63,841 nt of DNA, filler included, from Stramenopiles sp. TOSAG23-3 (GCA_900128585.1; 13 parts of 13 records of this genome joined end to end with filler, not necessarily neighbours in it), one strand, 5' to 3'; positions 9,601 through 21,401 are shown, counted from the whole stretch's first letter. Program-made: numbers and translations. The notes: generated by a model not told the origin, from the sequence alone.

Positions 9601-11176
9601 TATCGTTCGCTTGAAGAGCAAGCTGGAAGAGCAGAAGCGTGCCCACAGCGCTGAGCTGGAAGAGCGAGTGCGGTTTCTGCACGAAGAACATACGTCTGCG
9701 ATGACCCATCTGTTCTCTCAGAATAAAGAAGAACAACACTTGGGTATGCGGGAAGTTCGCAACGAGCACTCGAAGAATACCATAGAACTGCAACAGGAAG
9801 TCGAACAGATTCGTTTGGAGGCGGAGGCCAAACTGTTGAGTGCCCATGACGAACACGCGGCTCGTGTAGCCATCCTCCAGGACGATTGTGCCCAAGAAAT
9901 AGAAAAAGTAAGGAACAAGTGGGACGATGATCGAGGCGAACGAGAGAGAACGTTTAACAAACAACTAGAGCGCTGCCGGGAAGATGCCGAGCACACGTTG
10001 TCTGCTCTCCGGTCCGACCATGAGCACGTCCTCACTGTTCAGAAAAATTTGGCAGAGCAGCGACTTCTCGCGCTGGAGCGGAAGAAAGACCAAGCCATGG
10101 ACGAGCAGAAGAAAATGCTTGAAGTGCGGCACAGGAAGGAGCTTGCGGCCGCGGCCGCGGCCCACGTCCTGGACCAGCAGCGGGGAGAGAGTAGGACCCA
10201 AGATGAATTCAGCGAGGCCATCCGAACGGTACAGGACGAACTGCACGCCGTTGAAGACGAAAACAACTCTTACAAGCAGAAAATAATCATGATCGAATCA
10301 AACGCAAAAGACCTAGAAAAGAAGCTGGAAAGCAAAGAGGAAGAAATTAGCGAAGCGAGACAGCTCCGAGAGTTGGTGGAGGACCAAAAAAAGAAAGCCG
10401 AATCCCTTGTGGAGCGATTTCAGAAAGGTGCGAAAGAGCTGAAGTTGGAGATCATCGGCCTTAAAGCAAAAATGGAGGCCCGAGACCTGCAGCTGGAGCA
10501 GTTTAGGAAAGCAGAAGCGGCTAAGGAGGCCAAATATGACGCACAATACGCAGCGTCGAAGCAGCGCTTGGAAACCATGCACAAGAAAAGAAGCGAAGAG
10601 CAGCGCATCGAGTTTGGAAAATTGATGAAGAAGCAAATCGACCGGATTCAGGCGGAAAAGGCGGCGTGGAAAGATGATTTCGAAACCCAGATGGTTTCGC
10701 AGATGAAGACGGCTACTTCCGAGTACATCGCCGTCAACGAGGGGAAAACGAAGGAACTGCAGGACTATGCCGATAAGCTGTTGAAAGAAAACTCCATGCT
10801 TAGTGAAAAGCAGCGAATATTGGAAGAGAAGAATCTTTCGTTGTTAAAAGAAAGCCAATCGATTAAGACGGCCACGCGAAACTTGAAGACCCGGTCCGAG
10901 ACGGACCACCAGCGAATGATTGCGGAAAAGGATGAAGCAATTGAGCAGTTGCTGCTTCAGCTGAAGGAGCACAACAACCTTTTGCAAGAGATGCACGTAA
11001 ACTTGCAAAATGAAGAGCGGGAAAAGGAGAGACTAAGCAAAGAAATCCGCCGTCTTCAGCGCCTGCTGTTCAATGCTGGCGTCAAGACGGGCAGCCGGTT
11101 CGCGGAAACGAAGACCGACATTTCATCCCGCTTACTGTCGCAGCAAGCGACTTCGCACCACCCTGGCTGGGTGTGA
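6599..11176 (+). CDS. Giant E/K/Q-rich coiled-coil protein (>1,500 aa), 5'-partial
   Basis: Frame open from the contig start; continuous heptad-like composition with almost no Pro. Confidence 0.9.
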   Translation, partial: NKLVVEREQARSDINNLKDELHNMEIESSKTKHRLETEKTTLGMHLHGQLEAKEVHAKRQTQLIEQLQTEIADKDDHSKSLAQLTSERMERERKRQEDLQKHTEDQKKLNREKLQEFKRIHEEEKLSLIRKHEEVTQEIHDEHRKAREALKEENQRLVEGKEVAYAKNLALVKGEIEKNKTHAKELVETYSANASSREKEIIERLNANFNVEREGFEKQLGDASHRYEELDKELGFAKLELRKTSKSLDESEAGKFETQQALARMEVQKHGLEEELNQREKDIENLRRSIEQLKQKFTVEIEKMCREHEVFVKEESKEGKRMLDEQRISFSKAIAENQDTIAGLTEDKVLLEQDHANAKGKIEEMKLVKTKLAAQLEALHDTAGENSSTISKLRAELSVLGKELDEERLKVEGFKSKFFGEIEDLKNAKRCQEVLLQTQKSDHEKATEAKDRELTKKLNDAIAEHKTVENAVILQLEEFKHSHKLEMEKAQAKLAVLEDEMEKKVIAAKQLHDKLDSNFKEQLTSNKQHHKDEIEGVQKGLNAEIFQLKETIEKLKSKHSSEGMMARSKMEKDIHSIKIEYQERIDQHEKLFKDELNGLETKYKGDLKILHEKLSASQARSRQLIRKGADAQSEHTEKLEELEAEREKQRVISNDELKKVKREMENCHSKLKLTSERVVKLSNELEQMQQTASEESVEKNTKIHELSDEVRSLNNKLNVVKSKYLESKAVQENLSDTVAEQSITIDKLNKEKAGLQRNFETKATQLREREKSTRQQYLHLQKDSEKLYKTKQESYEKLEDRLNNLKVAHTANKVRLKEKLNKEVELSKEVNHLNKEVASLRGKMETLERTAEEKDVKISSLMLKNNQLEIESKNTINSTSAILEESQIKAQSAMSEYNEREKALTESLQQKLSERTQETGERLKKVEEEHKRMMQEHIEGHRNHIETLKLKFESTVKGLGAKHEEEASANGQKLSALQSQLQKEEESNDKLREESRASRKIIVRLKSKLEEQKRAHSAELEERVRFLHEEHTSAMTHLFSQNKEEQHLGMREVRNEHSKNTIELQQEVEQIRLEAEAKLLSAHDEHAARVAILQDDCAQEIEKVRNKWDDDRGERERTFNKQLERCREDAEHTLSALRSDHEHVLTVQKNLAEQRLLALERKKDQAMDEQKKMLEVRHRKELAAAAAAHVLDQQRGESRTQDEFSEAIRTVQDELHAVEDENNSYKQKIIMIESNAKDLEKKLESKEEEISEARQLRELVEDQKKKAESLVERFQKGAKELKLEIIGLKAKMEARDLQLEQFRKAEAAKEAKYDAQYAASKQRLETMHKKRSEEQRIEFGKLMKKQIDRIQAEKAAWKDDFETQMVSQMKTATSEYIAVNEGKTKELQDYADKLLKENSMLSEKQRILEEKNLSLLKESQSIKTATRNLKTRSETDHQRMIAEKDEAIEQLLLQLKEHNNLLQEMHVNLQNEEREKERLSKEIRRLQRLLFNAGVKTGSRFAETKTDISSRLLSQQATSHHPGWV

Positions 11177-11265
11177 AGTCGCCTTTGAAACAAAAACTGA
11201 AATGAAGACGCACTACTTATTTGTGCGTTATATAGAGTGTCATAACATATATTTTTTAATCAATT

Positions 11266-11294
11266 ATAAAAATGAGAGTCTTAAAGCATACTAT
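11266..11294 (+). repeat. 3'-intergenic element B, copy 1
   Basis: ATAAAAATGAGAGTCTTAAAGCATACTAT, near-identical to 53305-53331. Confidence 0.8.
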
Positions 11295-11434
11295 GTAATT
11301 TGCTTTTTATATTTTTTAATCTAGACCGGAGATATTTACAAAAATTAAAACTAAAAAGAGACGAAGAGGCAGTTGAAGCCTCTGGTCCCGGACCGTCCTT
11401 CGCACGCGTCGCTCTGCGCCCCGACCCGCCCTCA

Positions 11435-11860
11435 CTACTCGTTTACGAACACGACATACTTTTGGTTGGCACTATCTTTGTACGACAAATACCGTCTTGG
11501 GCTGGGAGACTTGCAGTCGAGTACAAACAGATCTTTCCAACTCAATGATCTCCCTGGGCGATTGGTGATGATAATCGAACCAACGCATCTATACGTGCTT
11601 CGTGAGCGTAGGTTTCGTTTCGCGCACAAAAGTTTCCAGGCGCCCTCGGTCGGAATCTTCGGCGTTGCCGCTTCCAAGTGAAGAACGTCTTCGACCGACA
11701 GGTAACTAAGCATGTGGGTTAGTAGCTCTCCCGGCATGCTATTTACAATACTCAGGTCTAAAACGCACGAATTGCCGTCCAATGGCCGGTTGATTTTCTG
11801 GAAGTTTTCCCCATGAGCACGGACTGGCAGCACTGCAGGGACCCCCTGCCGACAGCCCAT
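11435..11860 (-). CDS. Small F-box-like protein (gene model ends uncertain)
   Basis: IVNSMPGELLTHMLSYLSVEDVLHLEAA...AWKLLC resembles an F-box; first in-frame ATG at 11860. Confidence 0.6.
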   Translation of the reverse strand: MGCRQGVPAVLPVRAHGENFQKINRPLDGNSCVLDLSIVNSMPGELLTHMLSYLSVEDVLHLEAATPKIPTEGAWKLLCAKRNLRSRSTYRCVGSIIITNRPGRSLSWKDLFVLDCKSPSPRRYLSYKDSANQKYVVFVNE

Positions 11861-12687
11861 TGTCGCCCCAATTAAGAAGGGGTCGTCCGACTTGATGCTT
11901 GCTAGGGATTGCACAGACGGCGGGCTACAATTGTTGGTGTTCGGGTCAGACTTTGTCGAAATGAAACTTTAATCACTGATCGTTCATTATACTTTTATTC
12001 TTTTCATTGTCCACTAACTTAAATAAAACTAAGTTGAACCTGATGTCCACGAGGACGAATGCCGCCGCGTCGTAGCTCTCCTCTCTCTCTAATGTTGTTG
12101 TATATTATTATAGGTGCCTGGTACTGGTATGAATGTAGTATGAAGAATAATGACGACGAGAAGACAAAATTATTTTTTTTGCTTGCCGCTGCTGCTGCTA
12201 TATTTAATAATATTTTACTTCTTCTTTCTTCTTCTTCTTCTTCTTTTCTTCTTTTTTTTATCCCGGAAGCCGGAAGAAAGAAAGAAGAAGAATTTTTTCA
12301 TCATGCTCCGGATGAGTCCTCATCATAATTCATAATTCCAATATTTAAAATACAATAATAATAAATAATGTTGTGAAGAAGAAGACACAAGAGAAGAAGA
12401 AGAAGGGCTGAAGAAGAATGAACCTTCTTTTATTATTTTACGAGTAGGTATTTAATAACAAGGGATGATTCTGATTCTTCTTTCTTCTTCTTCTTCTTTC
12501 TTCTTCTGCTCTTTTCTTTTTATTCTTCTTCGTTTCATTCTGAAAGAATGTACATCATATGTGTGTAAAATTAATTGGTAGACAATAATTTTAATCTCGA
12601 TGAAATGCAGGAAGCTGTTCCTTAAATTTGAATCCCATAGATTCCGTTTTCCTGTTTGCATCTTTATATAATTGACTTATTATCATA

Positions 12688-13008
12688 ATGCTTCGCCAGT
12701 TCTTTTCGAAAGCGCCGGTGCTTTCAAACGGTCGTCGGTCGATAGGAACGGTTGGCTACAACGCTAAGCTGAAGGTTGACCTCAACGAAAAGCTTGACAG
12801 GAAGACGAAAATTATTTGCACAGTTGGTCCCAGCACATGGGATAAGCCGGGAATCAAAGGGTTGCTGGAGCGGGGGATGAACGTCCTTCGCCTTAATTTC
12901 AGTCACGGGACGCACGAACAAAAACGGCGCGTTATCGGAGACCTGAGGGACGTCTTGTCGACGATTCGACAGGAGGGGGACTGGGACTTTTCAGACGGCT
13001 CCAGAGAA
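12688..13008 (+). CDS. PK: Pyruvate kinase N-terminal fragment with mitochondrial-type presequence, cut by an inverted junction
   Basis: RKTKIICTVGPS and GMNVLRLNFSHG are PK signatures; leader MLRQFFSKAPVLSNGRRSIG; sequence after 13008 is the inverted copy of the contig start. Confidence 0.9.
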
Positions 13009-13187
13009 GATTTCCATGTTGTGAAGCTCATCTTTTAAGTTGTTGATGTCGCTGCGGGCCTGTTCTCGCTCTACGACAAGTTTATTGNNNNNNNNNNNNN
13101 NNNNNNNNNNNNNNNNNNNNNNNNNNNNNNNTTAATTAATTAANNNNNNNNNNNNNNNNNNNNNNNNNNNNNNNNNNNNNNNNNNNN

Positions 13188-15386
13188 GGCCTGGTTGATA
13201 GCCCTATGAGCGGACTGTGAGTACCATTCTTGGCCGCTCAGAACGCCTCTCCCCATTTTTTTGGTGTCCTCTAAATACTTTCGCTTTAACATTACGCGGT
13301 GATCCTTGTGTGGGGCATACGGAATCCCTGTGATGATGACAGCACGAGCGCAGTGGTCGGGAAAGTCAATCCCCTCGCTTGCCTTTCCCCTGCAAACTCC
13401 AAACATCACGCCTCCCCGCTCCGATTTGGCAGCCTCTTCGTACTTTTTAACAAGCAACGTAAACGCCGACGCCCCGCGCCCCTCTACGAACAATTCTTTT
13501 TGAGCCTCCATCGATTTCCATACTGGGCTGTTTTGCCAGTGTGAAACGCATCGGTCCATTGTAGTGTAAGATGGAAAAAATACCAACAGCCCGTTGGGCA
13601 CAAACCGCGTGCAGTTCAGTATGGTTCGCCCGAGCTCGTCTTTGTACTCTGACTTTTCTCGAAATTGGTACGAGGAATTTAACCTTTTCTTTGTAGGCCC
13701 TACGGGGACCGTGCCTAGCCACACTTGCTTTTGCCCAACGACGTGGCCATTTTCCAATTGAATCCGAAACGGTAGGCGGAGCTCGGACTCTACCGACTCC
13801 ATCGGCGACAAAGTCCCACTGGTCAACAGTATCGACCGGACCCGCATTCGTGCCAGGTCATGCATCGCAACCCCCGGGGAGAAACACCAGAAGGCCAACG
13901 TTTTGCCCACTTTGTTACTACTGCTGCTGCTCGGCTTTTCCCCAAAAAAATTTGAACTTCGCGCATTCTGCTTTTTCTTCTCTTTGAACGACCGTCGTCC
14001 ATTGTTTGGATAATAAAAATGAGTGCGATAAGACTCCTCCGCAATCCTTGCGTTAAGCCCAGGCCGAAAAGCAATGTTCATGGCCTTCAAAAATGATTCC
14101 AGGTGGCACTTGTACCTCGGGCGAATCCCTGCGACTAGCTTCGATGCCTCTCGTAGGACTTCTATCAGCTGGTCTTTGGTCTCCCATGTTATGTTAGAAT
14201 GCTGCAAGAGCTCGTACAAGTAAGAACCACCCTTTGTGAGCCCGTCGGATTTGGACATGGACAGCGGCAGGCTATCAATGCTCGACTCAATATGGAGCAG
14301 CAACTCCTTCAATTCGACCATGTTGTCTGCAGTCAGGCCGTCCTCCGACATCGCCCCGCCGTTGTCCTTCAAGCTTTCGTTCAAGTGCATGACGCAGTGG
14401 TCACATTCATCAATACATGCAGCAAGCACCTCCGCGGGCAGTTCAAACGAAGCGGAGTCGGAGCACACGCTCTCGACATTATGCGCCTCGTCAATGACCA
14501 CCACGGCATTTTCCCACGGTATCGACGGAAGGGACGCTCGGACGACGGGGTCTACTAGGTAGTTGTAAGGCATGAAAAAAATGTCCGCCTGGGAGTGCAG
14601 CGTAGCCTCTCTGCTAAAAAAGTAGGGGCAAATGTCTTTGTGCTTTCCAAGCTCGACTAAATCTTCTATGTCCCTAATGGTCGAAGTTGTGGTATTACTG
14701 CTTTCACGCCTAGCACTGGTTGCACGGGGCGGGGCGGCCTCTGCCGACGGGTTGAGGAACGATGTCGACTTCTTGCTCTCCTTGGGAGCCGTTCCCTGCG
14801 CAGCAGTGCTTGCCCCGTTCGAATTCCATTTGATATACTCTTCCACCCCATTGTAATACTTACACCCCCCCGCCTTAACCGTTTTCTGACACATATGAAT
14901 CTGCTTGCTCCCCTTTTCTTTCGACACTTTTGGGTGAATGCAGAGCTGGTCCCTCGACCCCAAGATGGAGACTCGAGGGCGGTACACCGACGCCTTCAAC
15001 TCTTTGACGACTTGGGTCAGCTGGCTGTGGGTCCTTGATGTATAAATAATCTTTGAAGGCAGCGAGGAGGTGTCGCCCATCATCTGTGGATTGTCAGCGG
15101 TCGACGGTGCATAAATGGAGCCCGAGTGCCTGCTCGATGACGTCTCATACTCCAAGTTCACGTGCCCAAAACCACCGGTATTGTCAACGGCGGCGTTGTG
15201 GTTCGAGCGCCACGCTAGTGTAGAACAGAGCAGTGCCAGCGTTTTCCCCGTACCCGTTGGAGATTCCAACAAAGCATTCTCTCCCGTTTGAAGGGCCTCA
15301 ATCACCTTCTCCATGTAATTTCGCTGAGAAGCATATGGTTCGAACGGGAAGTCTACTTCAACCCCTCTCAATACAAACTTTGGCAT
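13188..15386 (-). CDS. RTEL1: Fe-S DNA helicase RTEL1 (XPD family), 3'-partial
   Basis: MPKFVLRGVEVDFPFEPY, LESPTGTGKT, SRTHSQL, four Fe-S Cys, DEAHN, TSGTLSP, RGKASEGIDF, RAINQA. Confidence 0.9.
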
Positions 15387-15798
15387 GGCACTAAAAAAAG
15401 AGTATGCGCGCGGGCATGAAAAAGTGGTGCAATGTCTGTTACGTCCGTCACTTTAAAAACCGATGGATACTTTCAATCGTTTCTTCCAAAGCGTACAAAT
15501 TGGGAATAAACAATAAAGAAAACAAACGGGTTTTTGATTACTTTTTAATAAAAGAAACAATAATTTCAAAGAACCTTTAAACGCTATTATATTTCTTGTA
15601 AACAATTTAAGAAAATTCAATTCAATATTCACAATCCAATTTAAAATTATTTACTGCATGTATTATTATGTATTTATTATTACATTATTAGATCTAAAAT
15701 ATCTATCATCATCCTCAAAAGGTTGGATTGATTGACCGACACCACCGCGCATTTTAGCTAGACTAATTATTAGGTATTATTTTATTATATCAAAATAT

Positions 15799-16112
15799 TA
15801 GACGACTAATATAATACCTCGTAAACATCTAAAAAAAAATTTCTTTATTTTTTGTTGTTGTTGCCTGCTCGCGATCATTTCTTTTTAAAAACTTTTAATA
15901 GTAATACGACTATAATAATAATAATGAATTATACGAATAGAAATAATAATAAAATAAGTGCGTAACACAAATATTATTTATAGCTATTAAAATACATTCA
16001 GAAGAATATTTTAGTAGATAATAAAATCAATTTTTTCGCGATAAAACAAAACACTGTTTTCTTTCTTTTGAAATATATTTATAATAATTAGTCGTCTACT
16101 CGTAGTCGTCTA
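15799..16112. promoter_or_regulatory. Candidate promoter motif TAGTCGTCTA/TAGACGACTA, three copies in a divergent promoter
   Basis: Exact copies at 15799-15808, 16089-16098, 16103-16112; another at 51899-51908. Confidence 0.5.
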
Positions 16113-16746
16113 TCTAATAAAAGAAGGAATCGATTTAGAAAATTCTTCATCAAATACATCAAGATAGTGGGGGGGAAAAAAAAGAAGCTTTTGATGAAGG
16201 TTTTTGGAAGAAATTAGAAAATAAATAATAGTATAAACACAGCATCAAAATCAATCAACTAATAAAGAACAAAATAGAAAAAATTGAATTGAATTGATGA
16301 TGATGATGATGGAAAGAACATCATCAACAATTCATAGATAAACTAAGAAAATAATAACTAACATACACACAGCGTTAATTTTTTGATTTATGATGGAAGA
16401 AAGAAAGAAATGATGATGATGATATGATGTGAAAGGAAAAAATGGTGGGTGTCAGTCGTCAACAATGTTTATTTTATGATGATATCAACGACGTTCCTCT
16501 GGAGAAAAAAGAAATACAGTAATAAATTGAAATAATAGAACAAAAATTTAGATTCCAAAACGATTAATCACATACTCGTTTAATTTCAATTCGTCATACC
16601 TCCCACTTCATTTTTTTTACGTCCCGAAAAGCCAGTTGCTACCGTTTTCATTCCGCATCAGCCGAGGGTTTACACATCAACGAAGAAGTCATTTCGAATC
16701 GTCCTCCGCTAATAACAAGAACAGCACGCTCAATAACAATTTTATT

Positions 16747-19673
16747 ATGGAGAAAAGATTGCTGCACGCGTTTGCAAACTTTAAAGCAAAAAAGAAAAAA
16801 TCAGGGGTCGAGTTAGACCAAATGCTTGTAAAAGCCAGTGGAATTTGTCAAGAAGAGAGCGCCCCGTCTCATGAGCTGAGCGTCGCCATGGCGGAGAACG
16901 CCGGGCTTGTGCTCCGCCGAGCACGAACTCGCATCGAAGATACAGAGTTTCTGGACGGGGTGTTTATGCTGCTTACCAGCTGCCTCGAGACCGACAAGAG
17001 AAACACTTTGAAGATTATGTCTGAGGTGACGATACCGATGTACCAACATGTTCTTGGAAAGGTCGATTCCGCAACAAATTCAGGAAAGAATGCTGTCAAG
17101 GAATACTTGCTGAACGCTATGGACATCGTTGGGCTGCACTTCGGGAAGTATCTGGGAAAGTGCAACAATGCTCCCGATTTTTTAATTAGCTCTCTGGAAG
17201 AAATATACCTCAAAAATGTTATGATTGTGGTAAATTGCGACTTCAAAAGCGAGGAAAATATTATTGTGAAGCGATGCCTTGAAACTCTTATCGATTTGAA
17301 CTTGCACTTTCAGTCAGTGAATGTGCGGTTTGCGGAGAGTAAGTGCCGACGGATAAAGAACATTTTCACGAAGAAGAACGATTTTCGGGCACCGGGCACG
17401 TTTGGGCAGCAGAAAGTATGCGCGGATTTTTTCGACGAATACGACCTTCAAAAGTTACACTACGAGTTTCTTGCAACGCTATTTTGCAAACCGAACGGAT
17501 CGAAGACAAAGCCCTCGAAAGTTCAGAACTTGGACCCTCACCCCTTGACGGACAAATATGCCAAAGCCTACCGTACGTTGCTGGACCCGAATTTTCAGAC
17601 ATTTCTTGACCATGTCGAAACGGTTGTAAAGGATCAAGGGGACGAACCGTACATGGATTTATTAGTCGACTTGGTGCTGACACAGACGCAAAAGGCAAAT
17701 TTATTTACTCGAAAGCGTGCCCTGAACAGTTTGGTTGATCAGAGCGGGATTCAGGCCTTTCGATGCTTTTCTGTACAAATCGTTTCAGCTCACTTGCAGG
17801 TCGAGAAACGGCTTACTGTCCCCCCAAAAGACGTGCTGATCCACTTCGACTCGTTTGCAATTACCAGTGACGACAACGGAAAAATCATTAGCTGCCCCAC
17901 TGCAAACGTTGGTGAATTTAGTTTTGATTTGCACCCAATGCCGTCCTCAGGGCTGATGTCCCAGTCTACTCCCTCGAAAACGCCGCTTTGCTTAACGATC
18001 GACGCACAACCGCATGATAGCCTTTGCATAATGGGAAACGAAATTGATTGTGGTGAAGAAAAAGTAACGTTTAGAATGTTTTTGGATGCCAGGGGAAAGC
18101 ATCGTGAAGCAGAATCTATATTGAAGCGCCTGCTGCCAAGTCCCTCGAATCCCCGGGCAAAACGCGTCACGACGGAATGGTTGGCATTGCCAGAAAAACA
18201 GACTATCCCAAAAGTTAACTCTTTGCCACCGAAGCCCGTAGACAATCAGCCGGCGATCAGCGACAAGGCAAGTAATAGCAGCAATCGAAGTGCCGCGTCT
18301 GAACGTCGACCGAAGAAAAAGACAGCCAGTACTTGCAATCCCAAGGAGCGCATACATATGAGAAAGGAGCCTGCGAAATTGAAACCGTCCGCAAAGAAGG
18401 CCAACGATTCGTCTCCACTAGAAGGGCAAAGTGTGCGAAAGTCAACGCGCTCCAAAAGTCTGTCTAGCGTAACTTATGTTGACCGTGGTTCGAGCCAAGA
18501 AGACGAATGCTATATGTCGGACGTCAGCGTGGACGGGAACATGAGAAATCAAGACAGCAAACGTACTGGGCGACCGCAGTCTGGCAAAAAAAATAGTCAA
18601 ACGCTTTCCAACTCAAAAGCTGATTCGCGTAAAAAAAGCTTGAAGGATAAACCAAAAAAAGCGATTGGATCAAGGCTTTCCCACAGTTCCAGAAAATCTG
18701 CAGAAAAAACGAAGGTCCCGAAAGCATCGCTCAAGCACGTGAATGTTGGCAAACGAACTTCGTCTCGAAAAAAGATGACAGTGCAGTCTCCACCAGTTGT
18801 TGAAGGAAACGATACCGATGTTGACTACAGTGATTTTTTTGACAGCAGTGATTTTTTTTCCAGTGATGATCAAGTCGTAAGGCATGTCGTGTCAGAGTCC
18901 AAGGCAAAGGCAAAGAAACCAAAAGCCTCCAGGAGGGCAGCGACTGCGTTGCCAAAGAAAGATAGCCATGCAGCGAAACATGGGAAGGCTGCTCGCAAAC
19001 TGGTGAAACCGAAGCGAAAAAAGGAGATGATCCCCAAACCAGTGTCTGAGAAAGCCATTTCTTCTGATGACGCAGATGTCACTACTGAGGAAGATGTGCC
19101 GTCGGCATCTAGTGACATAGGATCCGACAAGGAATTGACGGACGATGAGTTTGATGGTGATTCCGAAAATTCTGGAGATGAATTAGAAAAGACGAGAACA
19201 CAGTCCTACAGAAAGCGCATGTCGCCAAAAAAGAAGAAGAAATCAAAACCTAAACGGAAGCAAGCCAGCCGAAAAAGCACCCCCTCAAATGATATTGAAG
19301 AAGAAATTGCCGATGATGCCGATGAGATGCATACCGTAATGAGCAAAGCTATAACTCAGTTCAGCAAACACGGAAAAACGAAATCCGAAGCGTTTGCAAA
19401 ACAGCTCGCGAAGCGACGAATGACAAAAATTTTGAAGGAAAAATCTCGAATCATTAAAGAAATTGAAGAGGAGATTTCTGCAAAACAAAGCGAAAGTGAA
19501 ACTGCTCTAAACAAACACTTGGAAAAAATTGACAAGGTGAAAAAAGAAGTACAGGAAACTAATGGGTCGATTGACGAATTATGCGAACGTCTGGAGGCCC
19601 AAAAAAATGAACTAAAGTTGCTTTTGAAGCAGGTTCCAGTGATTAAGAAGCAAGTTCGTAAAGTTCAATCGGC
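16747..19673 (+). CDS. SYCP2/Red1-like meiotic chromosome axis protein (ARM-like + PH-like N-terminus, disordered K/S-rich linker, C-terminal coiled coil), 3'-partial
   Basis: DEYDLQKLHYEFL, IQAFRCFSVQI, VLIHFD, FLDA..EAESILKRLL match the SYCP2 N-terminal motifs in order; the overall architecture fits. Confidence 0.65.
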
Positions 19674-19858
19674 NNNNNNNNNNNNNNNNNNNNNNNNNNN
19701 NNNNNNNNNNNNNNNNNTTAATTAATTAANNNNNNNNNNNNNNNNNNNNNNNNNNNNNNNNNNNNNNNNNNNNAATATATGTGAATGATATGTTTTATCT
19801 ATTTTATATTATCAATGGTCTTACGATAGATCATTATTATAACGAGTTATTAAAATGA

Positions 19859-21401
19859 ATGAACGGATGTGTTCAACCATTGAGAAAAGATTCGAAAATA
19901 GTTGGGAACATTTATTCGTTCGTGGAAGCGATGGATGCAAACGTTGAAAGTGCGATAAAAGCCTTATGGGAGGATGCTCGGGGGGAGGGGGTAGACCACA
20001 GCGCGGTGTTGGCCCAGTTCCAAGAGTATGTGAACGGGCGGAAATTGAACAAACTTTCGTACGTGTCCTTCGAAATTGCAAACATGCTTTTAGAAGAATT
20101 GACCGCAAGCGGGGAAGCATCCGTTGCGAACGCCCAGTTCGAATGGTTCATAGGGGAAGGGTATGGGTGCGAGGTGTTCGATAGAGAGGGAAACACCCTT
20201 TTTCACAAGAGCGTCATGTACGGAAATCTACGGGCAGCGAAGACCGTCTGCAGACACTGGTCCATCGAGCTGACCCGAAAGCGGGCGCAACAGCAGGGAA
20301 CGGGGGGGGGGGATGGTCGATTTTGACGGGGCGTCAGTGAACAGAATCACCGGGAACAACGCGCTCCACATGCTCGCCAGCAGCAGCATGCCCCTGTGCT
20401 CCGGGGATCACGACCAGAACGTTTTGGAGATCGCCAAATGGCTGGTTGAAGACGGGAGCTGCCAAGTCTACCTGCGCAACAAGGCAGGGAACTTCCCCCT
20501 TCATTGCGCATGCATGAGTGGGAAGCATAGACTTGCGTTGTGGCTCGGAGAGAGGAACAAAGACAGTATATTAGAGAAAAACAACAATGGGAACAATGCG
20601 ATCATGTTGGCGCAGGGAAAGCACGCAGGGTTTCCGCACGCCGAACTGCTCCGCCTGAAGAGCTTAACGCTGGTGTCGTCCAGCGAACGCAAAGAGAAGC
20701 GTTTGATGCGGAGCGAACAGGACTACGAGTACCTCTACAAAATTATACTCGTCGGCAGCGCCGCTGTCGGCAAAACTTGTTTGCTTGCGCGGTACACGAC
20801 GGACGAGTCCCCCGGGAAGCACCCCCCGACCGTGGGCGTTGAAATTGCCGTCAAAATGGCGCGCTTGAAGAATGGGGAGACCGTGAAGGCCCAGCTATGG
20901 GACACGGCAGGGCAGGAACGGTACAATGCGGTCACGAAGACCCATTACCGGCGCGCGCACGCCGCAATCTTAATGTACGACGTAACGTCGAGGGAATCGT
21001 ACAAAAACCTAGACCAGTGGATTAAGAATTTGCGGCAGTACGGCCGGCCGGACATGGTGATCTGGGTCGTCGGGAATAAGGAGGACTTAAGGAAGAAAGT
21101 CCAAGAGTTGGGGCTCCTAGGTGATGGCGTTGAAATCGTTCAAATACACGAGGGGGTCCGATTTGCACAAAAACACAACCTATGCACCTCTCGCGGGAAC
21201 GATTGGATGCACACCACGACGTCCGCAAAGCACGGGCTTAACGTCAACGAACTGTTCCAAAATGTGTACGACGAAATATTCGAACGGTTTGGGAACACCT
21301 TGGCAAAAAAGTTAGAATGGGAGCCTAAAGATGCAGTAACGTTTGACATTCCAAAACCTCTCCCTGAAAAGGAAAGCAGTGGAAAGATGGGCTGCTGCTG
21401 A
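19859..21401 (+). CDS. Ankyrin-repeat / Rab GTPase (Rab11-like) fusion, frameshifted at a G11 run (20302-20312)
   Basis: Ankyrin motifs GNTLFHKSVMYGN, GNNALHMLA, GNFPLHCACMSG; Rab motifs YLYKIILVGSAAVGKT, WDTAGQE, GNKED, TSAK; C-terminal CC; removing one G joins the two ORFs. Confidence 0.85.

Noticed and set aside
6854-10636. Many Ser/Phe/Leu-rich minus-strand ORFs
   Set aside because: Antisense shadows of E/K-rich coiled-coil codons; the same applies to antisense ORFs over the other genes.
6598-13087. DNA transposon, Polinton or linear plasmid suggested by terminal inverted repeats
   Set aside because: The repeat is host coding sequence and no transposase, integrase or polymerase lies inside.
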